This document shows positions 35,880 through 46,206 of a DNA stretch of 57,795 bases, one piece after another. A program made the translations under genes and the position numbers. The stretch spans positions 1 through 57,795 of the forward strand of contig JAHDYR010000054.1 of NCBI GenBank assembly GCA_019828565.1, given 5' to 3'. The stretch is from Carpediemonas membranifera BICM. Taxonomy: Eukaryota; Protista; Fornicata. A model generated the notes under the pieces. The model was not told the DNA's origin. It saw nothing but the letters and a program-made list of their open reading frames with translations, and made no database searches. Numbering within the stretch: the first letter of the stretch is position 1; every line of letters begins with the position of its first letter.

Positions 35880-36131
35880 TCTGCCCGCATAAACTGCGCG
35901 GCTCGCCTGGTCGGCGCATCACCATGCCGGAGCGAGGCGATCTCATTGCCCTCCGCTCACGGCCCGTTACCCGAGGTAACCTGTCAGCGCGATGTAACGC
36001 CAGCCACCTGACCCTCTACACTCTGTAGATCCAACGGGGTTGTCCCGCCGGCCGAGGAGATATCATTAACTCCTAGCTGTCACCTCCCGTGAGGTCGCAA
36101 CAGCCTGCACCATAAACATCCCATCGAATGT

Positions 36132-37636
36132 TTACAGTGGCTTGCCCAAAAGAGACCTGGCGATGTCTCTCTGGACCGCGGGGTGCTGGCGGATGCCATT
36201 GCCGGTGTACGCCAGCAGGCTCTTCGCGGAGCGCCAGTTCCCCAGTGCCATCAGCACGTGCTCAGGAGTGCCGGCGACGGCGAGCTCGGTCGCCGCGCCC
36301 TTTCTGAAGCTGTGCCAAGTGACGGAGTCGCCAAACACTGCTGCGATCCAGCGCCTCATTGCGCCTTCTGACAGCCCCTCTGTCTTGATGATCGTGTCTC
36401 CGTTGACCTTCCTCCATAGTGAATCCGTGTCGCGCTTCGTGGCCAAGTTGACCCAAAGCTGGAGCGCCTTCGCGATGTTGAATGAGTCAAAGGTGGCGTT
36501 GACCACGAGCTTCTTCACCGCTGTGGTAGTCTTGGTGCGTGCCATGAACAGCGTCGCGTCGCCCTCTGGGCTGAACGTCACGTCTCCCCTCGTCAGAGTG
36601 AAGATTTCCTTGCCGCGGCTGACAGTTTGGAAGCAGAGTGCGGCGAACAAGACCGCCTGGAACGTCTTCGGATCTTGTTTCCAACGTCGGAAACCCGACC
36701 GGATTATGTCGCTCGTCACCGGTCGAGCCCCGCCAGTCAGTCTGGTGGTGGATGCTACGTTGCGGACTGATCGAATGATCTCGCTGCTGTCCTGCGGGGG
36801 GTCCAGTCGCAGATCAGTGGGGCCGCTTTGCAAATCCAGTGTCCCTTCTTGCCGATCGTGTCGGGCCCCGAGGTCTTGGCTTCGCTCATGAGGTGCTGCC
36901 TGAGCTGCGCCGCGTGTGATAGCGTGGTGTCTCTCGACGCGTTGAACTTGACGAGGTAGCCCGCGACTGCCCTGCGTGACGCCTCTAGGCTCAGATGTGA
37001 GAGCCTGTCGTGGTGGAGGAGGAACTCGAAGTCCTGATGATCATCGCGATGAGCCTTATCCTGCCCCTCTCGGCCAGCCGCGACAGCTCGGAGTCCGACA
37101 GAAGATCTTGGTTCACTCTGAAGTACATCTTGGGAACTGATGAGAGGGCTAGCAAGCGGCGGAGTTCTGGTGACGGGATGTCCGGAGTCACTATTATCGC
37201 AGCTGACCTCCACGTCTGAGGGGATCCAGTCTGGGTCGGCGACCGAATCGTCCGAATATGCAGATATGTCGCTGGAATCATCGCTACTGGAGGAGCTGCG
37301 AAGACTCTCATCCCCGTCCAGTCCCGAGACAGGCCGTGTTCTGCGAGAGTCCATCCGTGCTGAGCGAATCCTGGGAGGGCCAGGCGGCGAGTGGGAGCGG
37401 CGGTCGCGTCGACCTGCACTGGTCCCCAGTTGCGCTGGATTCGCTCGAGGACTGAACGCGGGGTCGACCACTCGAGCTTCATGAACCGGCTCAGCCTGTC
37501 CGGCTCCACGTTGAGGTGTCCTGCGATGTGAAGACATCGAGCCACGAGGTTTCTGCTGTCGAGGTGTTGTTGCAGCTCGTGGAGTAGGCTCATGACTGTC
37601 TGGTCTGCTCTTGTCGATCCGCCCTTGTTGACCCAC
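36132..37636 (-). CDS. Tyrosine recombinase, family A copy 2 (frame break near 36800)
   Basis: ORFs 36755-37636 and 36132-36833; HSFRKG. Confidence 0.88.
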
Positions 37637-38892
37637 GAGACTACGGCCGAGTTGTCGCAGAAAACTGTCAGGGTGCGCACCTGCGGCTGTGGAGAGATGA
37701 GTTCGATGCCCCGAACGACTGCGAAAAGCTCCTTTGTGCAGATGTGGGCGTTCACTATGTGCGGGGGGAAGTGCCCATGCGCCGATCTGTTGTTCTCTCC
37801 GAGGTATACTCTGGCCCCCAGCCGAAGCTGGATGCGTCGGACGCCACTGTCATCTCCAGGGGAGCCTGTCATGTCCCAGAGGGCCCTGAGCTCGATAAAT
37901 GACTTGGCTGGGCGCTGCTGCAGCAGTGAGACCCACTGGGCGAGCTCTTGCTTGAGGGCTGCATCCAAAGGTACTCTGCCTCTCGGCTGTCTTGCTTGCA
38001 ACGGCCGCAGCTTGAGCTGTGCTGCATGCGCTGCGGAAGCGAAGAAGGAGAGACGCCCTAGGATCTTGGAGTAGTCGACGGCGCTGATGGAGTCGCTCTC
38101 CAACGCGGATATCAACGTCTGCTGATACTTGCGCGCCTTGTCGCTGGAAAGGCGCACTGAAGTGTTCTCCGTATTGATGAGGAGGCCGAGGTACTCCAAG
38201 CAGCGTGTAGGCTGAAGAATACACTTGTCCAGCCCCGGAATGAGGCCGAGGGAGCGCATGAGCTCGAGGGCCTCGTGTGTTGCCCATGCCAGGTGCTCCT
38301 TGCGCGCAGACGATAGGAGGAAGTCGTCTAGATACACGCAAACGTGGATCTGGAGGCGCCTGGCGATGATCTTTGCGGCCTGGATGGTTATTGTCTGAAA
38401 GTAGAACGGAGCCGCGGTCCAACCGAAGGGGAGTCCAGTGTAGCAGAATGTCTCGCCCTCCGGAGTGACCACGCCCAGAAGTGTCCTGTCCTGCTCCCTG
38501 ACTGGGACTTGAGAGTACCCCGAGCGGAGGTCGATCTTCGTCATCCAGTCCCCGGCCGTGAGCGTCGCCAAAGCACGTTTGATGCCGAAGAGGCGGAAGA
38601 CTCGGGTCTCCTCCGTCACGGTGTTGAGTTCTCGGAGGTCGTGTATTACTCGGATGTCGTCCGAGCCTTTCGAAACAGGGAAGATCGGGGCCGAATGGCG
38701 GAGGGACTGCAGGGTCGTTCTGCGGAGAATGCCCTCGTTCAACAGCTGTTGGAGCTTGGCCCGAACACGTGGGTCCAGTCGCGTCTGTGGTGCGGCCGCC
38801 GACGGAGGCGCGGTCAGTGATATTGGAACGCCGTCTCTGAGAAGGCTGACGACGTGCTCTGAGGCGCCGAAGCGCTCCCAGAGTCGCCACAC
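36991..38892 (-). CDS. RT-RNase H-MT-like polyprotein, family A copy 2
   Basis: 633-aa open frame with YLDD; compensating indels at ~37815-37862. Confidence 0.93.
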   Translation of the reverse strand: MWRLWERFGASEHVVSLLRDGVPISLTAPPSAAAPQTRLDPRVRAKLQQLLNEGILRRTTLQSLRHSAPIFPVSKGSDDIRVIHDLRELNTVTEETRVFRLFGIKRALATLTAGDWMTKIDLRSGYSQVPVREQDRTLLGVVTPEGETFCYTGLPFGWTAAPFYFQTITIQAAKIIARRLQIHVCVYLDDFLLSSARKEHLAWATHEALELMRSLGLIPGLDKCILQPTRCLEYLGLLINTENTSVRLSSDKARKYQQTLISALESDSISAVDYSKILGRLSFFASAAHAAQLKLRPLQARQPRGRVPLDAALKQELAQWVSLLQQRPAKSFIELRALWDMTGSPGDDSGVRRIQLRLGARVYLGENNRSAHGHFPPHIVNAHICTKELFAVVRGIELISPQPQVRTLTVFCDNSAVVSWVNKGGSTRADQTVMSLLHELQQHLDSRNLVARCLHIAGHLNVEPDRLSRFMKLEWSTPRSVLERIQRNWGPVQVDATAAPTRRLALPGFAQHGWTLAEHGLSRDWTGMRVFAAPPVAMIPATYLHIRTIRSPTQTGSPQTWRSAAIIVTPDIPSPELRRLLALSSVPKMYFRVNQDLLSDSELSRLAERGRIRLIAMIIRTSSSSSTTTGSHI

Positions 38893-38927
38893 GTCGCCAG
38901 TTATCGATGGGAAGAGGTGGTTCTCGG

Positions 38928-39509
38928 TTAGTTTGACTGCCGGTTGCGACCGCGAGAGCTGCCGCCTCGGCCCCCGCCTCCCGGAGGCTGAAACTTGTCG
39001 CCCTTTCGCTTGGCTCCGTGAATCTTAGACTTGAGCTCGAAGGACTCGATCTGGGACTCGTCGAGGGTTCCTTTGTCCGCGATGACCTTCCATACCTGGT
39101 TCTGAAAGTAGGTGACTGTGACGTCGTTGTAATCTTCATCCTTCATCATCAGAGCTCTACGCCGGGCGGAGAGGAGGGGGGAAAGACGCCTGAGGAGTTT
39201 CGTGTCTGTAGAAGAGGTGAGGATCGTTTGAACCTTCCGAAGGAACTTCGCCTCCTCCAGAAGAGGGCGCTTCTTCGGCAGCTCGGTCATGGCCTCAATG
39301 TATGAAAGGGAAGCCATGATGGGGTCTTGTTCTTCTTCTTCAAACGCCAGTTCCTCGTGGAAATCCGCTTCAGATTCGGCGCTTGCGGCGGCCATCCTCT
39401 CGAGGATCTTGGTGGATCTCTCCAGAGCTTTCTGCATCTCCTGCACCGTGGTACGCAGTTCTGCCACTTCCTCGGCCGTCGCAGCCACCGGCTGCGAATC
39501 GTTCGTCAT
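38928..39509 (-). CDS. Gag-like ORF1, family A copy 2
   Basis: Four amino-acid differences from copy 1. Confidence 0.8.
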   Translation of the reverse strand: MTNDSQPVAATAEEVAELRTTVQEMQKALERSTKILERMAAASAESEADFHEELAFEEEEQDPIMASLSYIEAMTELPKKRPLLEEAKFLRKVQTILTSSTDTKLLRRLSPLLSARRRALMMKDEDYNDVTVTYFQNQVWKVIADKGTLDESQIESFELKSKIHGAKRKGDKFQPPGGGGRGGSSRGRNRQSN

Positions 39510-39622
39510 CTGGCCGCATAAACTGCGCCGACCAATCTTGACCAATGACGCGGGCATCCGGCGATTGCCGGCCTCGCCCACGTCCCGTCGCCCTTGCGAC
39601 AATGAGCTGGGGTACTACCCGC

Positions 39623-40393
39623 CTCGCAAATCCAGTAGCCTTTCCTGTGTATCGACTGTGGGCCCGACGTGGTACCCTCGGTCAGAAGGAACTCTTTGAG
39701 CTGTTGCGCGTGTGAGTGGCTCGCGTTGCGGGATTGGAGGAATTTGGCGACCCAGCCCGCTGCTATACGGCGCGACGATTCGTTTCTGAAATGTGATAGT
39801 CGGTCGTCAGCGAGGAGGGCTTGGAACGGGTCCTCAGGATAAGCGCCACGAAGCGGATCTTGCCCTTGTCTGTCGCTGTCCAGGCTAGCTCGGACTGCAG
39901 GAGGTGTTTCGCCTGGACTCTGAGGTACAACTTGAGGGGTGTCAAACGTTTGATGGCTCGGACCTCGGGCGAGTTGAGGTCCGGGCACAGGAATATCGCC
40001 GCTGATCTCCAGTGTCGAGGGTTCCCAGTCTGGGTCGAGGCGCGTATTGTCTGGAGGCGACGACACGTCACTCCAAGAAGGGCTATAGGTGTGGGTTCGT
40101 GTAAACAAAGCTTTTACAAAGAATAGAGCTCGACACCCTGTGGTCTCCAAAAGTCCATAGGGTATTTAAGCCCATATTTTATCTCTAAACCTTCCCCTTT
40201 CTTCTTCATCAACCACAGTACTAGTACTTTCAAACGTATGAAGAACCCCAAGAATGACACCCCGATGCTCAAGATAGCTACTTTCGACGCTTTCAGCGCG
40301 TTCTACACCGAACTGTTGGATTACCGCGCCCTCGGCGGGAAAACCAAACTGGTGAAGCTCTTATCCGCCGAGGTGCGCTCGTTTGTGTGCCAA
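39623..40393. repeat. Duplicate of the family B fragment plus Ty3-B LTR (40090-40217) and gag start
   Basis: Near-identical to 21958-22726, including the LTR insertion junction. Confidence 0.92.
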
Positions 40394-41621
40394 GGAGCTT
40401 GACCGCGTCTCTCTTAATGACTGGATTGCCATGGATGGTGAGGGAGGGGGTGTCGTCCTCTGAGACATAGGTGGTCTTATCGTTGGGCTCCAAGGATAGC
40501 GCTAGCATGCATGTCCATGCCGCCGTAAGTGCTGCCTCCAACCACTTAAGGGAGGGAGCTACTATTGTAATGTCATCAACGAACAGGACTGTGACAATCC
40601 AGGGAACGCACGGCCTTGCTGCCACTCGTCTCAGGGTCTCTATGTCGGGAGGAAGCTTCTCAATTGCTTCCTTCCCTAGAGCGGTTAAGCTTGCAATGAT
40701 GTGAGGGACTTCCGCAAGGTATCTTGTGAAGATGAAGGGAGCAGTGGTGCATCCTTGCCGTACTCCTGTGTTGGTAGCGGCGCTAGTGCTGCTACCTCGC
40801 ATAGAGATCCTTGTGTGCAAATGCATCTCCTTCAACATCTCAATGGCCCTTCTGTTCCCCCTCAACGAGTCCAATGCATCTCTCCTCGGGACACGGTCAA
40901 AGGCCTTAGCCACGTCCAGAGTCCCAATGTGGGTCGCTTTGAACCCACGTCTCGCGTGCTCAATAGCCCATAGTGCATCAACCGATGAAACACCCGGCCT
41001 TGCACCGTATTGTTCAGGGGGAAGAGGGTTGTCTCGGTCAATCGTGCGGATCATCATTGTGCCGAGCACCTTGTGGGCTGTGGAAAGTAGGGAGATAGGT
41101 CTGAACGCCACAGGAGCATCGCTAGTAGAGCCGGGCTTTTTCAATGGAATTACCACGGCGGTATGCCACTCTGCTGGGGTCTTGAGTTGGTCAATGCACT
41201 TCTGTAGCAGAGTCTTGAGCGCCTCCTTGAGGACTGGGCTATATTTGAAAATTGCCGGGGTTAGTCCATCACTGCCTGGGGCTGATCTATTCTTGGCAGA
41301 TTTGAGAGCCCCTTCCAGGAGAGTGTCCGTGATTTCGAGCTCTATATCGGGGCGAGAGATGGATGGTTCTACTGCTCCTGCCACATATGATACTGACGCA
41401 TACCACTCCTCGAAGGCCTTGGCTACTTCTTCTCGGTTGGTGATCACTCTGCCTCCTACTGTGGTGGTAGCAGGAAGGCCGGGTCCTCTGAGTAAGCCTT
41501 CCAGGTCTCTGCGAAGACCAGACACTCTGGCCTGCCCCTTCAAAAAGCTTCCAATGGACGTATCTAAAGAATTCAGGGGACATGACATCCATGCTCTCAG
41601 AGACTCGCTTGGCTCGGGCAT
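40394..41621 (-). CDS. LINE reverse transcriptase (truncated)
   Basis: SAPGSDG, FRPISLL, QYGARPG, LDVAKAFDRV, GVRQG, FVDD. Confidence 0.93.
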
Positions 41622-42948
41622 GGTAGGCTTTGAGTGTTGAGTGGGCGTGGCTCTCCGAGGATGCTAACGCTACTGATAGCATTGCTGATGATAGCTCAGA
41701 GCACACGAGAGCTTTGGGGCCTCTGCTCGTCCTCTCCTTGAGCTGATGTTGGTGGCGATGATCCTCAATGATGAGCTCATAGAGCCGTTCAGGGGAAATA
41801 CCGATCTGCTCTCCGGCGACAAACCAGTGGTCGTAGTCTTCTGCTCTCTCGACTTCTCTCACTTCATGTGAGGCCGCAGTGTCCACCAACGCCCATCGGT
41901 TGATAGTCGACGTCAGGCTTTGAAAGGCTTGGTCGACATCAAGGTGGCTGATGTTCCTCAGGAGAGTCCTCGCCTTTCGATGATCCTTGCTGCATTCAAG
42001 TACGTTAGCCACATGTCTTTCGTTGAGGACTGCTGTTGCCTTGCTCCTCGTGCGAAAGTAACCCGTTATGCCTGATCTTGCTACAACCGCTCTGTGTCCT
42101 TTGGGTTCAAGGGATACTGTGAGCGGCTTCTCGATGAGATCAGCCAGCTTAGGTGTTGCTGCGATGCCATCAATTACTCTGTCCATGAAGGTCGGGCCGT
42201 CGGGCACTACCAGTCTCAAGCCACACTCCTTTAGGGTGGTAGCCCACAGCGTCGATGGATCTAGTAGGTTCGTGTTGAAGTCTCCCATGACAAGAACTTG
42301 GAGCCCTTGCTCAATAGCTTTCTTCACCTCGGAGGACAGTAGAGTGTGGAACTCTTTCTTGGCTTGTGCTCCCGTGCATGGACTATAGATGGACATGACA
42401 CGGACCTTCAGTTTGCCAGCTGTTACAAACACGCAGCCTAGGTCAGCTTGAATCAACCTTGGAGAGTGGGGTTGGTTCTCGACGTATGTGCAGAGCTCAG
42501 CTAATTCCTTCCTCAGCATGATGCCTACGCCTAGATGCTTTGTCTCGGACTCTGACTTGATCACTCCGTGGTATAGCAGGACCTTGTCATTCGTTGTGGG
42601 CAGCTCCGGGGACTGGGCCCACCACCATAGCTCCTGAATGGCCATGATGTCCACGTCTTGTACTAGAGCAAGAGTCATCTTGGTGATGTTGAGTGATGTG
42701 CAATTCCACGAGTAGAGGTGACCATTTACTGGTCGTCTACCTGCTTGACTTCGCCCTCTCTGATTCCTGAAGGTCGCAGGCGAGACTCGCGTGGCTAAGC
42801 TTGGAGCTGGCGTGGAAGAAGCCGGTGGCTCAACCTCACTCCAGTTACCGTCGTGAGCTCGGGCACTCTGGAGAGCTTTGAACACCGGAGAAAGGTCCCA
42901 CGCTTCGCTGACCCATGCTGTTTCTGCCTTCTGTATGAGGGCATCCAT
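41622..42948 (-). CDS. LINE apurinic-like (APE) endonuclease
   Basis: SWNC, AIQE, GVGIML, IYSP, MGDFN, IDGI, GHRAV. Confidence 0.88.
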
Positions 42949-44332
42949 GTCTCCCTCGAGTCATGGGCCCTCTCAGTCTGACTTTGCGGAGCCCTCGCAC
43001 TGGCTTGTTGGGGATTCTCGGGACTAGAAACCAATGATCCGGCGCTCTGTAGGACCTCTTGACTACTCCTTTGGAGTTGTCTGCCGAGGGAGGAACGTTG
43101 AGAGCCAGAAGCTCTGCAGCAGATTGCGGTAGGTCTCGGTGAGGAGGGCACTCCCAGTAAACTTGCTGAGCCGTCAACTGATTGCTGAAGGAGCTGTCGT
43201 TATTCACCGTCGCTATCCTGATGAATGGCTGTTCTAGGCTGTTTGGAGGGACTATGCCTGCCGCATCCGCCACCGCTATCATCTTGGCAAGAGGATCAAA
43301 CCATTCCCACCCTCGCCGAGCTGGGCTCCGCACTGCAATAAATTGACGGCGCGTCATAGCCTGTCTGGCCCTATCACCTGTGGGGAAGGAGCAGCCACCC
43401 TTAGGTGCTATTACGTACTCCTTGAGGATGTGGTGCAGCTCCTCAAGCGTTGGCAGGTGGAGGTCTTGGAGTAGTAGCACGGCCAGGTCGGGCAGGAGAG
43501 AGGACCAGTTGCCGATGAGGACATCCAAGTCTTTCCTCCATGCATCAGTGATTTTTTTCTTTTCAGAGTACGTGGATGTGATAGCTCCCCTAGATGTTCG
43601 GTCGAGACATGAGACTGTGTGCAGTACCGCCGCGAAAGCTACAGTGTCACTGAGAGCACAATGGTAGCCTGGATCTGTTCCAATGTGGTACGGGCAGGGG
43701 CACTTCACCATTGTGAGACATTGGGCTATCGACATCGCCTCAGAGAACTCGGGTGAACGGCAGTAGTCATGGATATGCCCAAAGGATCTTTTGTCTATGG
43801 ACTCTAGATCACTTATGTCATAGACCTTGTCAAGGAAGGGGGCATCGCTTTCCGAGACCCATGACTCTAGGACGGAGTTCTCAAGTCTCGGGTCTTTGGC
43901 GACCATGATGCAGTTCGGGAGGGAGCTCACTATGACCGTGAGGTGGTGAAGCCAGTCGGTCGGGCTGGGGAATGAGATCCCGGGGTGGTCGGGGTGTACT
44001 CTGAAGCTCATGGGAGGACACCCATGAACAACTGCCGCTTGGTATAAAGCTGTCTGCATTAACTGCGCTGGGATATCAACTTCTAAGCCGCCCCAGTGGA
44101 CCCCTGCGACGTCCCACATCATTATCCCCGTTTCAGGATCCTTGACGCGGGCTAGGAGTGTGGCGCCGGCCTCTACGGGATATGAGACGCGACTCTGTTT
44201 GGTGGCTCTGCGGTCTACGGCAGTTCCTAGTCCTTCAAAGTCGACCACTAGGATATGAGAAACAGGACCCTCTCTCTTGCCAGACAAGCCTATGAGAGCG
44301 CCATGGACGCCATCACGGTTGTTGCGGGCCAC
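42845..44332 (-). CDS. DEDDh 3'-5' exonuclease-like domain protein
   Basis: VVDFEG...PVE, CPYH...HCALSD. Confidence 0.6.
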   Translation of the reverse strand: MARNNRDGVHGALIGLSGKREGPVSHILVVDFEGLGTAVDRRATKQSRVSYPVEAGATLLARVKDPETGIMMWDVAGVHWGGLEVDIPAQLMQTALYQAAVVHGCPPMSFRVHPDHPGISFPSPTDWLHHLTVIVSSLPNCIMVAKDPRLENSVLESWVSESDAPFLDKVYDISDLESIDKRSFGHIHDYCRSPEFSEAMSIAQCLTMVKCPCPYHIGTDPGYHCALSDTVAFAAVLHTVSCLDRTSRGAITSTYSEKKKITDAWRKDLDVLIGNWSSLLPDLAVLLLQDLHLPTLEELHHILKEYVIAPKGGCSFPTGDRARQAMTRRQFIAVRSPARRGWEWFDPLAKMIAVADAAGIVPPNSLEQPFIRIATVNNDSSFSNQLTAQQVYWECPPHRDLPQSAAELLALNVPPSADNSKGVVKRSYRAPDHWFLVPRIPNKPVRGLRKVRLRGPMTRGRHGCPHTEGRNSMGQRSVGPFSGVQSSPECPSSRR

Positions 44333-44478
44333 ACTAGAGGGGGCGCTATCGAGGCCTCCAGCGGCGATGTTGTTGCGAGCCTTACCTTACCAATGTCGCT
44401 AGCGGTGGTGTGTATGGTTAAAGTGCGCACCGTGGATCTCCACGAGGAGTTAAGATCCACTGTACCATTCTGGATGGC

Positions 44479-44986
44479 CTAGTGCCTGGGGGTACACCAC
44501 CCATGCCCTGACCCACGCCACCTAACCGGGGTAGACAGCATGGACTTAGTCACTTTCCCCGCCTTCGGGTAGGCTTCTTAACAGAGTCGAGGGGGCATGG
44601 AATTGGGGAACCGGACAGACGAGAGGGTGCCGTGGCTGAACGGCTCTACAAGGACTGCAGGGAAGCAAGGAGTGTCATAGTCAAGGTTCTGCAGGACGAT
44701 CCTGCCTGTCAATGCCCCGAGGACAGACCCCCAGGCTCCCCGGATAGTTGCCGGACTTTCAGGGAGACAGGAAAGCATATTTGCACGGAGATGGCCGCAG
44801 GGCCTCTGGGGCGATTGGAATCGGCTTTCCGCGGAGACAGTAGCACCGAAAGCCCAAGGCAAACGCTGCTGACCAGTTTGCCACGGGAAATAGGCAGTAC
44901 CCCGGGGCACTCAGTTCCAAGACAACGGGAAACAAGCTCAGTCCGGGGTCAGAATCCAAGCACCATAAATTTCTTTCTTTTCTTTC
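44479..44986 (+). mobile_element. 5'-truncated LINE 3' end (~0.5 kb) with (TTTC)n tail and 18-19-bp TSD, inserted antisense in the larger LINE
   Basis: TGTACCATTCTGGATGGC at 44461-44478 and 44987-45004; encodes a C..ETGKHIC Zn-knuckle-like motif. Confidence 0.88.
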
Positions 44987-45004
44987 TGTACCATTCTGGA
45001 TGGC

Positions 45005-46186
45005 GGAGGCAAGTTTCGACACGGCTTCTCGTCTCGTCAGGCCCGTCATACCCAGAGAGACAGCAAGTGAGTGAAGGCCACAGTTGCCGTCGGCGTGAAC
45101 TGGGATGCTCATGAGAGGGCCCCAACGGGCGTTAGGCTCCTCAGCTACGATCGGGGATGATGGATAAATGCTGTTCTCTTCGCAAGACGATATTTCTTTC
45201 CGAACCTGCCGCGCAACCTCTTCCACGCTAACAGGGATCGGGCTTGCGAGCTCAACATCAGAGTTTGAACAGGAACTTATGGATATAGTAGAGTCATCGA
45301 CTGGATAGGCCTTCCGGCGAATGGGAGAGATAAGGCTGTCTGATAAGGTATTCGATAAGGAAGACTGAAGGTCGGCCGCTGTGGCTCCACCCCATTCGGC
45401 ATAAAGCTCAGTCATCGCATGTCCTCCCAACACGGGAGAGGCGCCATACAGTAAGTGGATTACCTCGAGGCCCATGAACGGCGTGAGGTTGAGACCATCC
45501 GGAGATACAATGGGGCCGGGCCGGCCGGAGTGAGCGATGCGGGGACCAAGAGGCTCTCTTTGACCGACTGCCTGCCATGTCAGGCTCGGAGAGTTCGGGA
45601 CAGTGGATATGGTTGGAGGCCAAGGATCGTTCCGTTGGTCTAACACTGTAGGGCATCTGGCGGAGATGAAATCTGCGAACTTGCTCCAGTCCATGCTGCT
45701 AGCTGGGGGGAGTCCCGTGAACCTGCAGTGGATTAGGGCAGCCTTAAGCGTTCCAACCGTGTGGACAAGATCATAGGCAATGAGGGGAAAGAGTTTGAGG
45801 ATACCTTCCCGGATGGAGAGCCCAAATGCAGCTGCAAGGTGCTCAGCATCTTGGAGTAGGTCATTACAGGCATCCTTAGCCCGCTTATAGCGGGCGTTGT
45901 CCCGTTTTAGGTTTGGGATTGCCACCGAGACGAAATTGCCCGTCGATGAGTGTGTTGCAAGCTCAGTTTTGAAGGGATGGATGATTACGGGGTCCCCAAT
46001 AAAGGCAATGCCTGCTAGTAGTTGTCTTTTGAGGACAGGAGGGGCGGATGAAACATATTTGAGGTGCTTCCTCGTCAGGAAGCGTTGGTCGGCGATACTG
46101 CTTTGAGCAGCAGTGGTACTTTGTGGTTGCGGACCAGTGTCTTTCGCTAAGATTGGGCCTCTGTAGCCAGAACTACTTTTGCCCAT
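45005..46186 (-). CDS. LINE N-terminal ORF with an OTU-like cysteine protease motif, interrupted
   Basis: MGKSSSG... start; IPVHADGNCGLHSL. Confidence 0.6.
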
Positions 46187-46206
46187 GGTGCGGAAAATTT
46201 TTTTGC

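Larger units (their letters stand above)
32024..36004 (-). mobile_element. Full-length YR retrotransposon family B with split direct repeats, inserted in the terminal B repeat of family A
   Basis: A1 35844-36004 = A2 32166-32326 (161 bp); B1 32325-32369 = B2 32024-32068 (45 bp); target CGGGC^CACCTG. Confidence 0.93.
36003..39622 (-). mobile_element. YR family A, copy 2 (lacks A2-spacer; its outer 15 bp lie at 32011-32025)
   Basis: Near-identical to 17845-21467. Confidence 0.92.
40394..46206 (-). mobile_element. APE-type non-LTR retrotransposon (LINE), 3'-truncated, domain order OTU-like / DEDDh-like / APE / RT
   Basis: Contiguous same-strand ORFs from ATG 46186; 5' end abuts a YR-B copy. 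Confidence 0.8.
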
